A stretch of 31,510 bases of DNA from a virus. Lineage: Duplodnaviria > Caudoviricetes. Positions 1 through 8,287 of this stretch are shown here, piece after piece (positions within the stretch are counted from its first letter, which is position 1; each line of letters opens with the position of its first letter). The stretch spans positions 1 through 31,510 of the IMG/VR virus record IMGVR_UViG_3300031716_000039, one strand, 5' to 3'. The notes under the pieces were generated by a model. That model made no database searches. It saw only the letters and a list, made by a program, of their open reading frames with translations, and had not been told where the DNA came from. Position numbers and translations under genes: made by a program.

Positions 1-245
1 GGTGAAGACGGCCGCGTTCGACTCCGAACCGAGTGCCGCGGCCAGCGCGGCCAAAACCTCCGGCGTCATTGTCGCGGCGCCGGCGAGCGCGCCAAGCGCG
101 GCGGCGAGCGTCGCGGAGTGCTCGACGGTTGCGCTCGAACTACCAGACAGGGATCCGAGCGCGCCGTCGAGGGTTGCGGAGTGCTCGACCGTCGACGTCG
201 CGCTCGAGGAGAGTCCGCCGAGCTGCGCGTCCAGCGTCGCGTCGA
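1..245 (-). repeat. Degenerate 63-bp (21-aa) tandem repeat, about 4 units visible
   Basis: DATLDAQLGGLSSSATSTVEH / SATLDGALGSLSGSSSATVEH / SATLAAALGALAGAATMTPEV / LAALAAALGSESNAAVFT; gcggagtgctcgac recurs 63 bp apart. Confidence 0.8.
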
Positions 246-744
246 CGTTCGGCGTGTAGGTCACGACGATCTCGACCGACCAGAAGTTGATCGTCGGCGT
301 CGCGTCGGTCGCGCGGAACCCGAATCCCTGAAGCGGGTGAGCGCTGGTCCCGTTGATGTCGGTATCCGTCCAGGCGACCGACGTCTCGGGGTTCGTCGTC
401 CAGGTGTCGGTCCGCAGCGTGATCCCGCCGTTCACGGCATCGTGCGTCGAAGCGTTGTAGGCCGTCCCGTTGACGCGGACGCGACTCGAAAGAAGAACTC
501 CGCCCGCGCCGTTCTTCGAGTCGTAGTAGTTGACGTCGACCTTTGTGATCGTCGAGCCCGCCGGGATCGAGAAGGCGGCCATCCCGAAGGTGATATTTCC
601 GACCGTCGTCCCGTGGACGAGCGCGTCGGCGCCGCCGGAGTCGGGGTGATCATCGACCGCCGTGTAGCGGGTTCCCGCCGAGGCCCCCGACCAGGTCCCG
701 TTCTCGGCGATGTCGCTCGTCGGTGCGCGGGTTTGAGTCGCCAC
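1..744 (-). CDS. Putative virion/fibre accessory protein with 21-aa Ala/Ser/Thr repeats (3' end runs off the window)
   Basis: Not in the ORF track because it has no stop in the window. Translated by hand from GTG 744: MATQTRAPTSDIAENGTWSG...FSIPAGSTITKVDVNYY...WTTNPETSVAWT...VEIVVTYT, then repeats. Frame is open to base 1 and follows the 757..1140 gene. Confidence 0.75.
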   Translation of the reverse strand, partial: MATQTRAPTSDIAENGTWSGASAGTRYTAVDDHPDSGGADALVHGTTVGNITFGMAAFSIPAGSTITKVDVNYYDSKNGAGGVLLSSRVRVNGTAYNASTHDAVNGGITLRTDTWTTNPETSVAWTDTDINGTSAHPLQGFGFRATDATPTINFWSVEIVVTYTPNVDATLDAQLGGLSSSATSTVEHSATLDGALGSLSGSSSATVEHSATLAAALGALAGAATMTPEVLAALAAALGSESNAAVFT

Positions 745-756
745 AGTGGGCGGCGA

Positions 757-1140
757 TCAGCTCGCGACCGTGAGAGTCGCGGTGAGCGACCCGCTCGGGC
801 AAGTGTACGTGTCGCCGGCGGTGTAGGCGTTGGCGGTGATCGAGCCCGAGAAAAGGAAGTTCCCGGCCGTCGGATCGTCCCAGACCGAGAAGTCGGTCGC
901 GTCCTGAGATCCCGCGATGTTGGTCCATTGGACCTGCGCGTTCGACGCGATCACGCCGCCTGACGCCGCGGCGAAGGTCGCCGCCTTGCGCGTCGTCTCG
1001 GTCGCCGCGTTCGAGGTTCCGGCCGCGCCCGGTGCTCCGGTGTGGAGCTTGACGTAGACCGCGGTGACGACGAACGAGGTGTTCTTACAGATCGCCTCGA
1101 GGCACTTGTTCGCGGCGTAGCTAGAGATCCCGTTCGCCAT
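757..1140 (-). CDS. Small phage virion structural protein (Gp80-like, tail-fibre associated)
   Basis: Pattern YVKLHTGAPG...TRKAATF...FSVWDDPTAGNFLFSG...AGDTYTCPSGSLT is typical of this widespread ~130-aa family; fibre-region context. Confidence 0.75.
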   Translation of the reverse strand: MANGISSYAANKCLEAICKNTSFVVTAVYVKLHTGAPGAAGTSNAATETTRKAATFAAASGGVIASNAQVQWTNIAGSQDATDFSVWDDPTAGNFLFSGSITANAYTAGDTYTCPSGSLTATLTVAS

Positions 1141-1198
1141 TGTGAAGAGTCCTTTCGGGTGCGCCGAGGATGCCGCGCGCGACGGCCGCCGTCCAGGT

Positions 1199-1795
1199 TC
1201 AGGAGGTCGGGAGGTTGTGGAGAACTTGGAACGAGCGCGGCCGAGAACGGAACTCGGTCGCGTTGGGGAAGACGACGCGCGCCTGGACCGCCCAGTCGCC
1301 GGCGCTCTGGACGTCGCCCGCCTGGAGCTGCGCCTGGACGCGACCTGGAACCGTGAGCGACTCGGACGCGCTCCGGACTAGGGCCGAGCCGTCGCCGCGG
1401 CGGAAGACAAGCTCGAGCGTCGTCCCGGTGAGGTTGGGGACGGTCAAGTCGTCGCGCAGATCGAGCGCGACGAGCAGCGTGTCGCCGAGTTGTGCCATGT
1501 TCGTTCGCCTCGAGAAGTCTAGCGTCCGGGTGATCGGCGCCAGGAGCAGGACCAGCGGCCCGTCGACGACGCTCCCGCCGGCGGGTTCGAAGTCGATGAA
1601 GCGCAGGACGTCGAACTCGTCGAGGTAGGGGAAGCGCCCGACCGGCGGAGCTTCCGGCGGGTCGTTCTCGATCTCGACCGACGCGCCGTTCTCGTCGAAG
1701 AGAACGACGTGCGGATAGCCGAGCGTTCCGTCCTCGAGCGGGATCTCGACGCGGAGGCCGTTCTCGTCGCGGACCGCGAGGACGTAGGTCGGCAC
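1199..1795 (-). CDS. Virion protein with C-terminal BppU-N-like beta domain
   Basis: C-terminal half GDT...NLTGTTLELVFRRGDG...GRVQAQLQAGDVQSAGDWAVQARVVF...FQV matches the BppU N-terminal pattern; the N-terminus has a duplicated DENGxxVEI. Confidence 0.6.
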   Translation of the reverse strand: MPTYVLAVRDENGLRVEIPLEDGTLGYPHVVLFDENGASVEIENDPPEAPPVGRFPYLDEFDVLRFIDFEPAGGSVVDGPLVLLLAPITRTLDFSRRTNMAQLGDTLLVALDLRDDLTVPNLTGTTLELVFRRGDGSALVRSASESLTVPGRVQAQLQAGDVQSAGDWAVQARVVFPNATEFRSRPRSFQVLHNLPTS

Positions 1796-1799
1796 GTTC

Positions 1800-3236
1800 T
1801 CAAGTCCGCCGGCGGTAGAACATCGACGCGCAGGCGGTCTTGTGCTGCGCGTTGGTCAGGACCCGTTGGCGCCAGAACATGCTCAGCAGCGCGTCGGCCG
1901 GGACGGGCGCGACGCCGTCGGAGACCGAGCGCGACTCCCAGGCCTTGGTCGCGAAGTTGTAGGCCATGAACTCCCATTGGAACGAGGTCGGAAGGTAGCG
2001 CAGTCGGAACCCAAACCGAGCGTTCGCGCCGACGACGTAGCCCGTGTCGCTCTGGACCTGGCCGGGGTGCGTCACGGTGACCGCGCCGGCCGGTGTGACC
2101 TCGGGGATCATCGGCGTGTCGAACACAATCCGGCGCTTGGGTGTGCCGGCGGGAACGAACGAGACGACGCGCCGCGCGCCGTTGTTCGAGGGGTTGATCG
2201 TGAACCCGCCGACCGTGACGACGTCGTCGAGTCGAATGCCGTCCGCGATCCAGTCGCCGCCGTCGTTTCGATCCAGTCGTCCGCTCGAGTCGACCGAGAA
2301 CTTCCCGGTCTGGGAGATGTTGATAGCCGGGCCAGAGCAGGTAATCAGCCGGAGCGATTTCGGCGCGGAGTGAATGACCTGGTCGATCCAGAGCGCGACG
2401 CCGGGATTGGGAAGCGAGACTAGATCGGTCGCGTTGACCGGGTCGGAGAGGCAGGCCGCGAACCAAGCCCGAGTGTCGATGAACTGCGCGTTCCCGAACC
2501 AGTAGAACGTCGGCACGGCCTGGCGCTGAGTGCACGCCGCCGAGAACGAGAAACCGCAAGTCGAGCCGGTGACGTCGTCGGTCGAGACCTGGACGTAGAA
2601 CCCGTCGGCGTCGCGCAGGAGGACCGGCGAGTTCGGCGCGCCGGCGGTGTCGAAGCTCTCGACGATCGGCGCCGCGAGGCTCCGCGCTTGGAACCCGGCC
2701 GCGTCGGACTGGGCGAAGATCCCGCAAGTCGGGCGGATCAGGTCCTCGATCGGCGAGGCCCAGACGGTGAGGTCGCCGCCGTTCTTCGGCTCGGTTTGGA
2801 GGTCGATGTTCTCGTCGGCGCCGCGCGCTCCGATCCGCGCCTTCTGGCCGCCCGACGCGGCCGCCGCGAGATAGAGCCGGTTGAGCATGTCGCCCAGGCC
2901 TTCGAAGTCGACGAGCGGCGTCCCGCTCGCGTCGAGGATCTTCTGGATCTCGAGCAGGACCGAGAAGACCGCGGCGCCGACCAGCGCGCGCGCCTGGTCT
3001 CCTGCAGCCGAGTTCGGGGTGATCCCGCCCGACGCGCCGGCGATCGAGGTCGCCGCGCCCATCGTGCTCGGAGCCGCGACGATCCCGAGCTCGGCCTGGA
3101 GTTCGGCCAGCGTCTCGACCGAGAAACCAGTCCCGCCGCGTCGCCGGCGCAGCGCGGAACCGGCCGGGATGTCGGCCGAAAGCGAGGCGACGATCGCCGC
3201 CTCGAATAGGTCGAGCTGGATCGGAGCGTCGGCCAT
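1800..3236 (-). CDS. Tail fibre / receptor-binding-like protein
   Basis: Likely start is ATG 3236 (TAATG overlap with the upstream stop). Fibre motifs GAATSIAGASGGITPNSAAGDQARAL and GARGADENIDLQTEPKNGG; beta-rich C-terminal head. Confidence 0.65.
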   Translation of the reverse strand: MADAPIQLDLFEAAIVASLSADIPAGSALRRRRGGTGFSVETLAELQAELGIVAAPSTMGAATSIAGASGGITPNSAAGDQARALVGAAVFSVLLEIQKILDASGTPLVDFEGLGDMLNRLYLAAAASGGQKARIGARGADENIDLQTEPKNGGDLTVWASPIEDLIRPTCGIFAQSDAAGFQARSLAAPIVESFDTAGAPNSPVLLRDADGFYVQVSTDDVTGSTCGFSFSAACTQRQAVPTFYWFGNAQFIDTRAWFAACLSDPVNATDLVSLPNPGVALWIDQVIHSAPKSLRLITCSGPAINISQTGKFSVDSSGRLDRNDGGDWIADGIRLDDVVTVGGFTINPSNNGARRVVSFVPAGTPKRRIVFDTPMIPEVTPAGAVTVTHPGQVQSDTGYVVGANARFGFRLRYLPTSFQWEFMAYNFATKAWESRSVSDGVAPVPADALLSMFWRQRVLTNAQHKTACASMFYRRRT

Positions 3237-4831
3237 TACGAAAAAGCTCCTCCGCGCGCGGCGGGATCGGAAAGAAAGGCGGCGAGGATCGAGCTCGAGA
3301 ACTGCGCGTTCCGGCCGGCGAGCCAGGGGATCGAGCCGTCGGTCCCTTGGGGGTTGGTCTCGCGCGTCCCCAGGTAGGCCGCGACGCGCGCGCCGGAAAG
3401 GTAGAGCCGATGGGCGAGGAGCGCCGCGTCGCACTCGTCGTGGAGGTCGATCCGCTCGGGAAGGTTGGCCGGCGCGCCCGCGTGACGCACGGCCCAGGAG
3501 CGCGGATCGGTGAGCGAGTCGACGCGCTGCAGCGTGATTCCGCCCGAGCCGCCGATCATGACGTTCAGTTCGGCGACGCGCGGGTTCGGGCCCGAGTCGA
3601 TCAGGAAGTCGACGTCGGCCTCGCGCTTGTCCTCGAAAGGATAGGTCGCGCAGGTCCAGCCGGTGTTGCCCGAGCAGCGATAGCCCGAATCCCAGCCGTT
3701 TTGTCCGTAGTCCTCGAGGAAGTAGTGGAGCAGTTCGACCGGCGAGCCGTCGGGGACGGTGATCGCGAGCGGCGGCCAGACCGAGACGTCGACCGGCGTG
3801 ACGCTCGAGCCCGGCGCGGCGGCGCTCGCGGTGACCGCCTCGTCGAACCGGATCTGGAGCGCGGTCCCGGGCGGGACGTCGGCGGCGAGGACCGGGAAGA
3901 TCGAGAGCGAGCCGGCGCCCCCGGCGTAAGCGGCGGTGACGTTGTGCTCGACATCGCCCGCGCCCAGGTTGTAGCGGAGGAAGGTTCCAACGCGCAGCGC
4001 GGGGAAACCGCCGGTGACCTGGAGCACGTTCGCGCCGGCCAAGTTCGAGCCCGTCGACGTTGCGCCCGCGGACGCGACGATCCGGAGCCGGTTGCAGCGC
4101 AAGTTCTGGACGGTGTCGCCGACCAGGCGGAGCACGTTCGCGCCCGCCGCGTTCGAGCCGCCGGTCGTCTTCGCGACCCAGGTCGTCGCGCGCATCGATC
4201 CGACCGCTCCCAGAGCCGGGTCGGTCGTGTAGGCGTTGAAGCTCGAGATCCGGTTCTGGGGAATGAAGAGGTAGGCGTGGCCGCAGCGGTGGTCGGGGTG
4301 GTAGCGGAACTGGCGGCCGCCGCGAACGCTCTCGGCCGCGGCCAGATCGCCGAAACCGCCCAGCGGGACGAACTGGGAACGCGCGACGTCATGCGCGCCC
4401 GAGCTTTCGCCGAACGCGCACCAGCGGTTGCGGGCCGGGTCGACCGTGCGCGTCGATCCGACCAGGTAAGGGTCGGCGTAGTGCGCGCCGAGGAACATCG
4501 GGAAGAGCGCGTCGGAGGCGGCGCTCTCGTCCATGAACTCGCAGTCGACCTCTTCGGCGTCGCCGCGCCACAGACCGCCCGGGTCGCAATCGTAGGCCAT
4601 GACGTAGGCGCCGAAGACGTCGGTGAACATCTGGGCCGTTGTGTTGGCGCCGAGCGAAAAATCGCGCGGGTTGTGACGTTTCCCGCCATGCTTGCGGATC
4701 CCGACGCCGCGCGCGCCGGTGAAGCCCGGCGGCGGATCCCAGACCGCGGCGAGCGAGTAGCGCCCGCGCCCGCGGAAACGGACGACGCGCGAGGCGGTCG
4801 TGAGGTCGTAGGTCGCGTAGAAGGGCGCCAT
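3236..4831 (-). CDS. Alpha/beta-hydrolase (esterase-like) with inserted phage beta-domains
   Basis: HGG at aa 48-50, GAYVMAYD strand, VDPARNRWCAFGESSGAH nucleophile elbow (GxSxG), and LHD followed by helix LLAHRLYLSGARV; a ~150-aa Gly/Ala/Thr beta insert sits in the cap position. Confidence 0.65.
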   Translation of the reverse strand: MAPFYATYDLTTASRVVRFRGRGRYSLAAVWDPPPGFTGARGVGIRKHGGKRHNPRDFSLGANTTAQMFTDVFGAYVMAYDCDPGGLWRGDAEEVDCEFMDESAASDALFPMFLGAHYADPYLVGSTRTVDPARNRWCAFGESSGAHDVARSQFVPLGGFGDLAAAESVRGGRQFRYHPDHRCGHAYLFIPQNRISSFNAYTTDPALGAVGSMRATTWVAKTTGGSNAAGANVLRLVGDTVQNLRCNRLRIVASAGATSTGSNLAGANVLQVTGGFPALRVGTFLRYNLGAGDVEHNVTAAYAGGAGSLSIFPVLAADVPPGTALQIRFDEAVTASAAAPGSSVTPVDVSVWPPLAITVPDGSPVELLHYFLEDYGQNGWDSGYRCSGNTGWTCATYPFEDKREADVDFLIDSGPNPRVAELNVMIGGSGGITLQRVDSLTDPRSWAVRHAGAPANLPERIDLHDECDAALLAHRLYLSGARVAAYLGTRETNPQGTDGSIPWLAGRNAQFSSSILAAFLSDPAARGGAFS

Positions 4832-4834
4832 CGG

Positions 4835-6217
4835 TCAACCTTGCGGGAACCCGTCCCAGTCGAGGCCGTAGGTCCGGACCGAGCAGCGCAGGCGGTTCGC
4901 GCCCTGATTCGCGCCCTGGTTCGTATTGTCGAACGTGTCGAGCCGGGTCGCCTTGTCGCGCTCGACGCGCCAAGAAAGCTGGACGCGCGAGGCGGCGGCG
5001 AGGAAGTCGAAGCCCGCGTCGGCGTGCGCCTCTTTCTTCCACGAGAGCAGCTCGTCGCCGCCGGCGTCGAAGATGGTCCATTTCCCGACGACCGAGTAGG
5101 CCTTCCAGCCTTCGGAGCGCAGTTCGACCGACCAGTCGAACCGGTTCTCGCCGGCCCAGGTGCGGAGCAAGGGCGGCGACGGCATCCGCAGACGGTAGGG
5201 CCCGGCGTAGACGCCCACAGTCGGGTTGATCTCGACCGCCCAGTCCCAAAAAGCATCGGTCCAGGTCACGTTCTCGCATCGCCCGCGGCCGAACCATTTC
5301 AGCGCGCGACCGTCGCGGAAGTCGCCGGCGCGGATGTCGTGTCCGAATTCGTAGCCCAGCTCGCCCGAGTCGTTCCCGGCGTTGTCGCTCTCGAGTCGCT
5401 TGTGGCGGTTGTGCGGGAACCCGTTGACGTCGAGCGCGGCCCAGAGCATGAGGGGGTAACGGTGCGCGGAACCGTGGTTGTCGGCGAGCTTGGTCGTGTC
5501 GCCCTGGGCGCCGGCGGTTCGGATCCCTTGGCGCCGAACGGGCCGGTAGCCGATCGCCCGGGAGAGGCCGATGATCGCGGGGACCCAGATCTTCGGCCGG
5601 CGCGCGACCTCGATCGAATCGCCGACGAGATGGGTCTCGAGGTCCGCGCCCGGATGTATCGGGCGGAACTCGAGCTCGCCGGTCGAGGCGTTGCGTTGCT
5701 TGAAGAGCCCGCGCTCTTCGGCCGGCGTCAAGGGCGACGCGGTCAGGAGATTGAGGCCGGCGTTTTCTTCGGCCAGCGGGTCGAAGGCCGACTCGATCGC
5801 GTCCAGGCGCGCGTCGAGCGACGTGTCGGCCGCGGCGCGTGTCGAGGCCTCGGCGGAGTCTGCGCCCGAGCGCGCGGCCGCCTCCGACGCGACCGCCGCG
5901 GCGATCTGAGTCGGAGTCCCGGTTTCTAGAGACGAGACTCGCGAATCGAGAGACGAGTCGGCCGCCGCGCGCGTCGAGGCCTCCGATCCATCCGCGGCCG
6001 CGCGCGTGGCGGCCTCGGTGGCGACGGCCGACGCGATCGCGGCCGGCGTCCCGTTCAGCGCGGTCTTGTCGGCGGCCGACATTGCGCCGTCCGTCGAGGT
6101 TGTCGCGAGCGGGAGGACGCGCGGCGGGACGCCCTCGCCGGGGGTGTTCGCGACCTCTCGAACCCGGACCGGGGAAAGGGTCTGGTCGACGATCAGCGGG
6201 ACGTGATTGAACGACAA
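4835..6217 (-). CDS. Tail fibre-like protein with coiled-coil repeats
   Basis: TTG start with GAGGT upstream; fibre motif LATTSTDGAMSAADKTALNG; two 44-aa EAATRAAAD...LDSRV repeats; GLFKQ...LEFRPI motif; beta-rich C-terminus. Confidence 0.7.
   Translation of the reverse strand: MSFNHVPLIVDQTLSPVRVREVANTPGEGVPPRVLPLATTSTDGAMSAADKTALNGTPAAIASAVATEAATRAAADGSEASTRAAADSSLDSRVSSLETGTPTQIAAAVASEAAARSGADSAEASTRAAADTSLDARLDAIESAFDPLAEENAGLNLLTASPLTPAEERGLFKQRNASTGELEFRPIHPGADLETHLVGDSIEVARRPKIWVPAIIGLSRAIGYRPVRRQGIRTAGAQGDTTKLADNHGSAHRYPLMLWAALDVNGFPHNRHKRLESDNAGNDSGELGYEFGHDIRAGDFRDGRALKWFGRGRCENVTWTDAFWDWAVEINPTVGVYAGPYRLRMPSPPLLRTWAGENRFDWSVELRSEGWKAYSVVGKWTIFDAGGDELLSWKKEAHADAGFDFLAAASRVQLSWRVERDKATRLDTFDNTNQGANQGANRLRCSVRTYGLDWDGFPQG
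5825..5983 (-). repeat. Intragenic duplication with 132-bp period (coiled-coil stalk)
   Basis: gtcggccgcggcgcgtgtcgaggcctc and gtcggccgccgcgcgcgtcgaggcctc lie 132 bp apart; both encode EASTRAAAD. Confidence 0.8.
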
Positions 6218-6236
6218 GCTCGGGACCTCTGGCGGC

Positions 6237-6246
6237 GAGCGTAGCG
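6237..6246 (-). promoter_or_regulatory. Putative -10 element (TACGCT) upstream of the 4835..6217 fibre gene
   Basis: CGCTACGCTC in a 52-bp intergenic gap; the identical 10-mer is at 10029..10038, also intergenic. Confidence 0.4.
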
Positions 6247-6269
6247 TCGCGCGGCGCGCGCGCGAAGGC

Positions 6270-6716
6270 CTAGAGCTGGAGCACGACGCCGGCGACGAAG
6301 TCGAGGACGAACTGGTTCCCGTTGGGGTTGTAGGGGAACGAGATCGACGAGGCGGCGACAGAATCGATGCACGCGAGGGGGACGTCCGAACCCGCGCCGC
6401 CGTTGTCGATGAAGACCAGCGCGCCGCCGATCGACTCGCCGGCGCCCTGGGAGAGGAGGCCGAAGTCGACGTCGGTCGCGGTGAACGTGACCGGGCCGGT
6501 CCCGGGGTCGTTCAGGGCCTTGCCGGCGAGCGTCTTCCTCGAGTAGCCGGTCACGGCCGTTTCTTGGAGGTCGACGAAGTCCGCGAGGAATTTCGCCGAG
6601 ACGTCGGCCGCGCAGGTCGATGCCGGCCGGAAGAGGAGAACCTTCACGGTATTGGCGACGAGGTCGATCGAGCCGCCCCAGGCGAGCTTGCGCGCGTTCG
6701 GATAGACGAAGGACAT
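6270..6716 (-). CDS. Conserved phage virion structural protein
   Basis: IDLVANTVKVLL...TGYSRKTL...TFTATDVDF...PLACID...PNGNQFVL pattern of a common virion family; RBS GAGGA. Confidence 0.7.
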   Translation of the reverse strand: MSFVYPNARKLAWGGSIDLVANTVKVLLFRPASTCAADVSAKFLADFVDLQETAVTGYSRKTLAGKALNDPGTGPVTFTATDVDFGLLSQGAGESIGGALVFIDNGGAGSDVPLACIDSVAASSISFPYNPNGNQFVLDFVAGVVLQL

Positions 6717-6727
6717 GGCGGGTTCCT

Positions 6728-7105
6728 CTAGTGCTGGTCGGGGGCGGGAGCGCCGCAGTTTTCGAGCGCCGCGAGCCGCTCGGCGAAGTTGTCGATAAAC
6801 GCCGAGGCGCGGCCGTCGTGAGCGATCAGGAGCCGCTCGGTCGCGCCGGTCGAGCTCGCGAGTTCGCGGATCAGGTTCGTGAGGACCTGGAGCTCGCCCT
6901 GGGTCTTGACGGTCGCGAGTTCCATCGCCTTGACGCTCTCGGTGGTTTGTTGAACCAGAGCGCGGTGATCAGCGACGACGCCCTCGGCGTGCGGCTTGGC
7001 CCATTTCGCGAGGCGCGAGAGCGCGTAGATCGTCCCGAAGAAAACCACGGCCGGATAGCCGAAGTCGCGCAGGATCGAACCCCAGCTCGAGACGTTCGGT
7101 TCCAT
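6728..7105 (-). CDS. Single-TM coiled-coil protein, possible holin
   Basis: Start ATG 7105 just after the fibre stop; hydrophobic FGYPAVVFFGTIYALSRLA followed by a heptad-rich tail. Confidence 0.45.
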   Translation of the reverse strand: MEPNVSSWGSILRDFGYPAVVFFGTIYALSRLAKWAKPHAEGVVADHRALVQQTTESVKAMELATVKTQGELQVLTNLIRELASSTGATERLLIAHDGRASAFIDNFAERLAALENCGAPAPDQH

Positions 7106-7109
7106 TCCG

Positions 7110-8285
7110 CTACAGCTCGGCGTCGGCGGTCCAGTGGCCCCAAGATTCGTCGGCGGATTGGCTTGAGTGGGAGGGGTAACCGGTGCCGGACGGTCCGGCG
7201 TCCTGGGGGGTCGCGCTGAGATCGACTCCGCCGGCGCCGCCGTAGGTGATGTTTCCGCTCGTTCCGGTGTTCGGCGCATACCAGGTGACGGTCGGCGTCG
7301 CGCGCTTCTCGACGCGGAAGCGCGTCGAGAGACCGTAGCTCGCGGTCCCCGAGGCGCGGTCCGCCGACATCCCAGAGAGTCCGGGAGTTCCGGGCGCGAC
7401 GGTTGTCGGATAGCTCTTTTCGTAGAACCGCAGCGCGAGAAGTTCGATGTCCTGAAGCGGGAGGTCTTCGAAGTCCGTCGCCGCGTTGCCGGCCTCGAGC
7501 TGGACGGCGTAGATCACGACGCCGCGCGTCGCGGTCTTGAGACCGGTGAACTTTAGCTCGAGGTAGTTGTCGGCCGCGAGCGCGGTCGAGGCGAGCGCAG
7601 GAACGGCGAGCGTCCAGGAGTAGCGCGTCACGACTCCGGCGGACATCGTGAACGGCGCGCCGGTCACGGTGCCGGCGGTTCCCGGGCCGGTTCCCTTGAA
7701 CTGGACCAGGCTCGGAGTCAGCGTCGTCTCGACGCCGCCGGCGGCGCCTTGCTTGGCGGCCCAGATCGTGAGCGTCACGGTCTTGCCGGCGAAGAGGAGG
7801 CAGTTCTCGATCCGTTGCGAGAGAACCGGATGGCCGGATCCGTTGAGCGCGGCGGACTGGTTCCAGGTCAGGTTCCACGAGGTCCGGAGCCCGCTCTCGA
7901 ACGACGGCGTCCCGCCTCCGCCCTGGGAAATCGTCACGCTCGTCGTGTTGCCAGAAGTGGGATCGAACCGCCAACGGTCGAGCGTGTAGCGCGCCGTCCC
8001 GTTCGTGAAGACGTGCGAGCCCCCGCGCTGGTTCAGCGCCATCGATCCGTTTATGACCTTGTTGCGCCGGCCGCCCGAGCCGTAGAGCGAACGGATCGCC
8101 TCGAGGAGTTGGCCGCCGTTGCCCTTCGAAAGTGTGAGGCCGGAGCCCTCGATCGCGACGGCGAGGTTCTCCTGGACGTCGTTTAGCCAGTCATCGGAGA
8201 CCTGGGTCGGCGGGATCCCGAGCAGCGGGTCGCCTTCGGTGAAGAGGTTGCCGGGAGCAAATCCGGGCGCGTCGATACGATGCAT
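7110..8285 (-). CDS. Tail fibre protein (Mu-type baseplate anchor, carbohydrate-binding-like distal domain)
   Basis: Start ATG 8285: MHRID...FTEGDP...TQVSDDWLNDVQENL is the typical N-terminus found after gp48; distal RNKVING...NQRG...YTLDRW...QRIE...VQLEAG...RFYEK module. Confidence 0.85.
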   Translation of the reverse strand: MHRIDAPGFAPGNLFTEGDPLLGIPPTQVSDDWLNDVQENLAVAIEGSGLTLSKGNGGQLLEAIRSLYGSGGRRNKVINGSMALNQRGGSHVFTNGTARYTLDRWRFDPTSGNTTSVTISQGGGGTPSFESGLRTSWNLTWNQSAALNGSGHPVLSQRIENCLLFAGKTVTLTIWAAKQGAAGGVETTLTPSLVQFKGTGPGTAGTVTGAPFTMSAGVVTRYSWTLAVPALASTALAADNYLELKFTGLKTATRGVVIYAVQLEAGNAATDFEDLPLQDIELLALRFYEKSYPTTVAPGTPGLSGMSADRASGTASYGLSTRFRVEKRATPTVTWYAPNTGTSGNITYGGAGGVDLSATPQDAGPSGTGYPSHSSQSADESWGHWTADAEL

Positions 8286-8287
8286 GG

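Noticed and set aside
432-653. Apparent frameshift in the leftmost gene suggested by short track ORFs
   Set aside because: Manual translation from GTG 744 is continuous to base 1.
3347-5929. 860-aa plus-strand ORF and the other long plus-strand ORFs
   Set aside because: Antisense shadows of high-GC3 genes with no motifs; every recognisable gene is on the minus strand.
6270-7105. Complete lysis cassette
   Set aside because: Only a possible holin; no endolysin or spanin motifs recognised in the window.
1-8285. Diversity-generating retroelement or invertible fibre cassette
   Set aside because: No reverse transcriptase, invertase, adenine-variable repeat pair or inverted fibre copy seen in the window.
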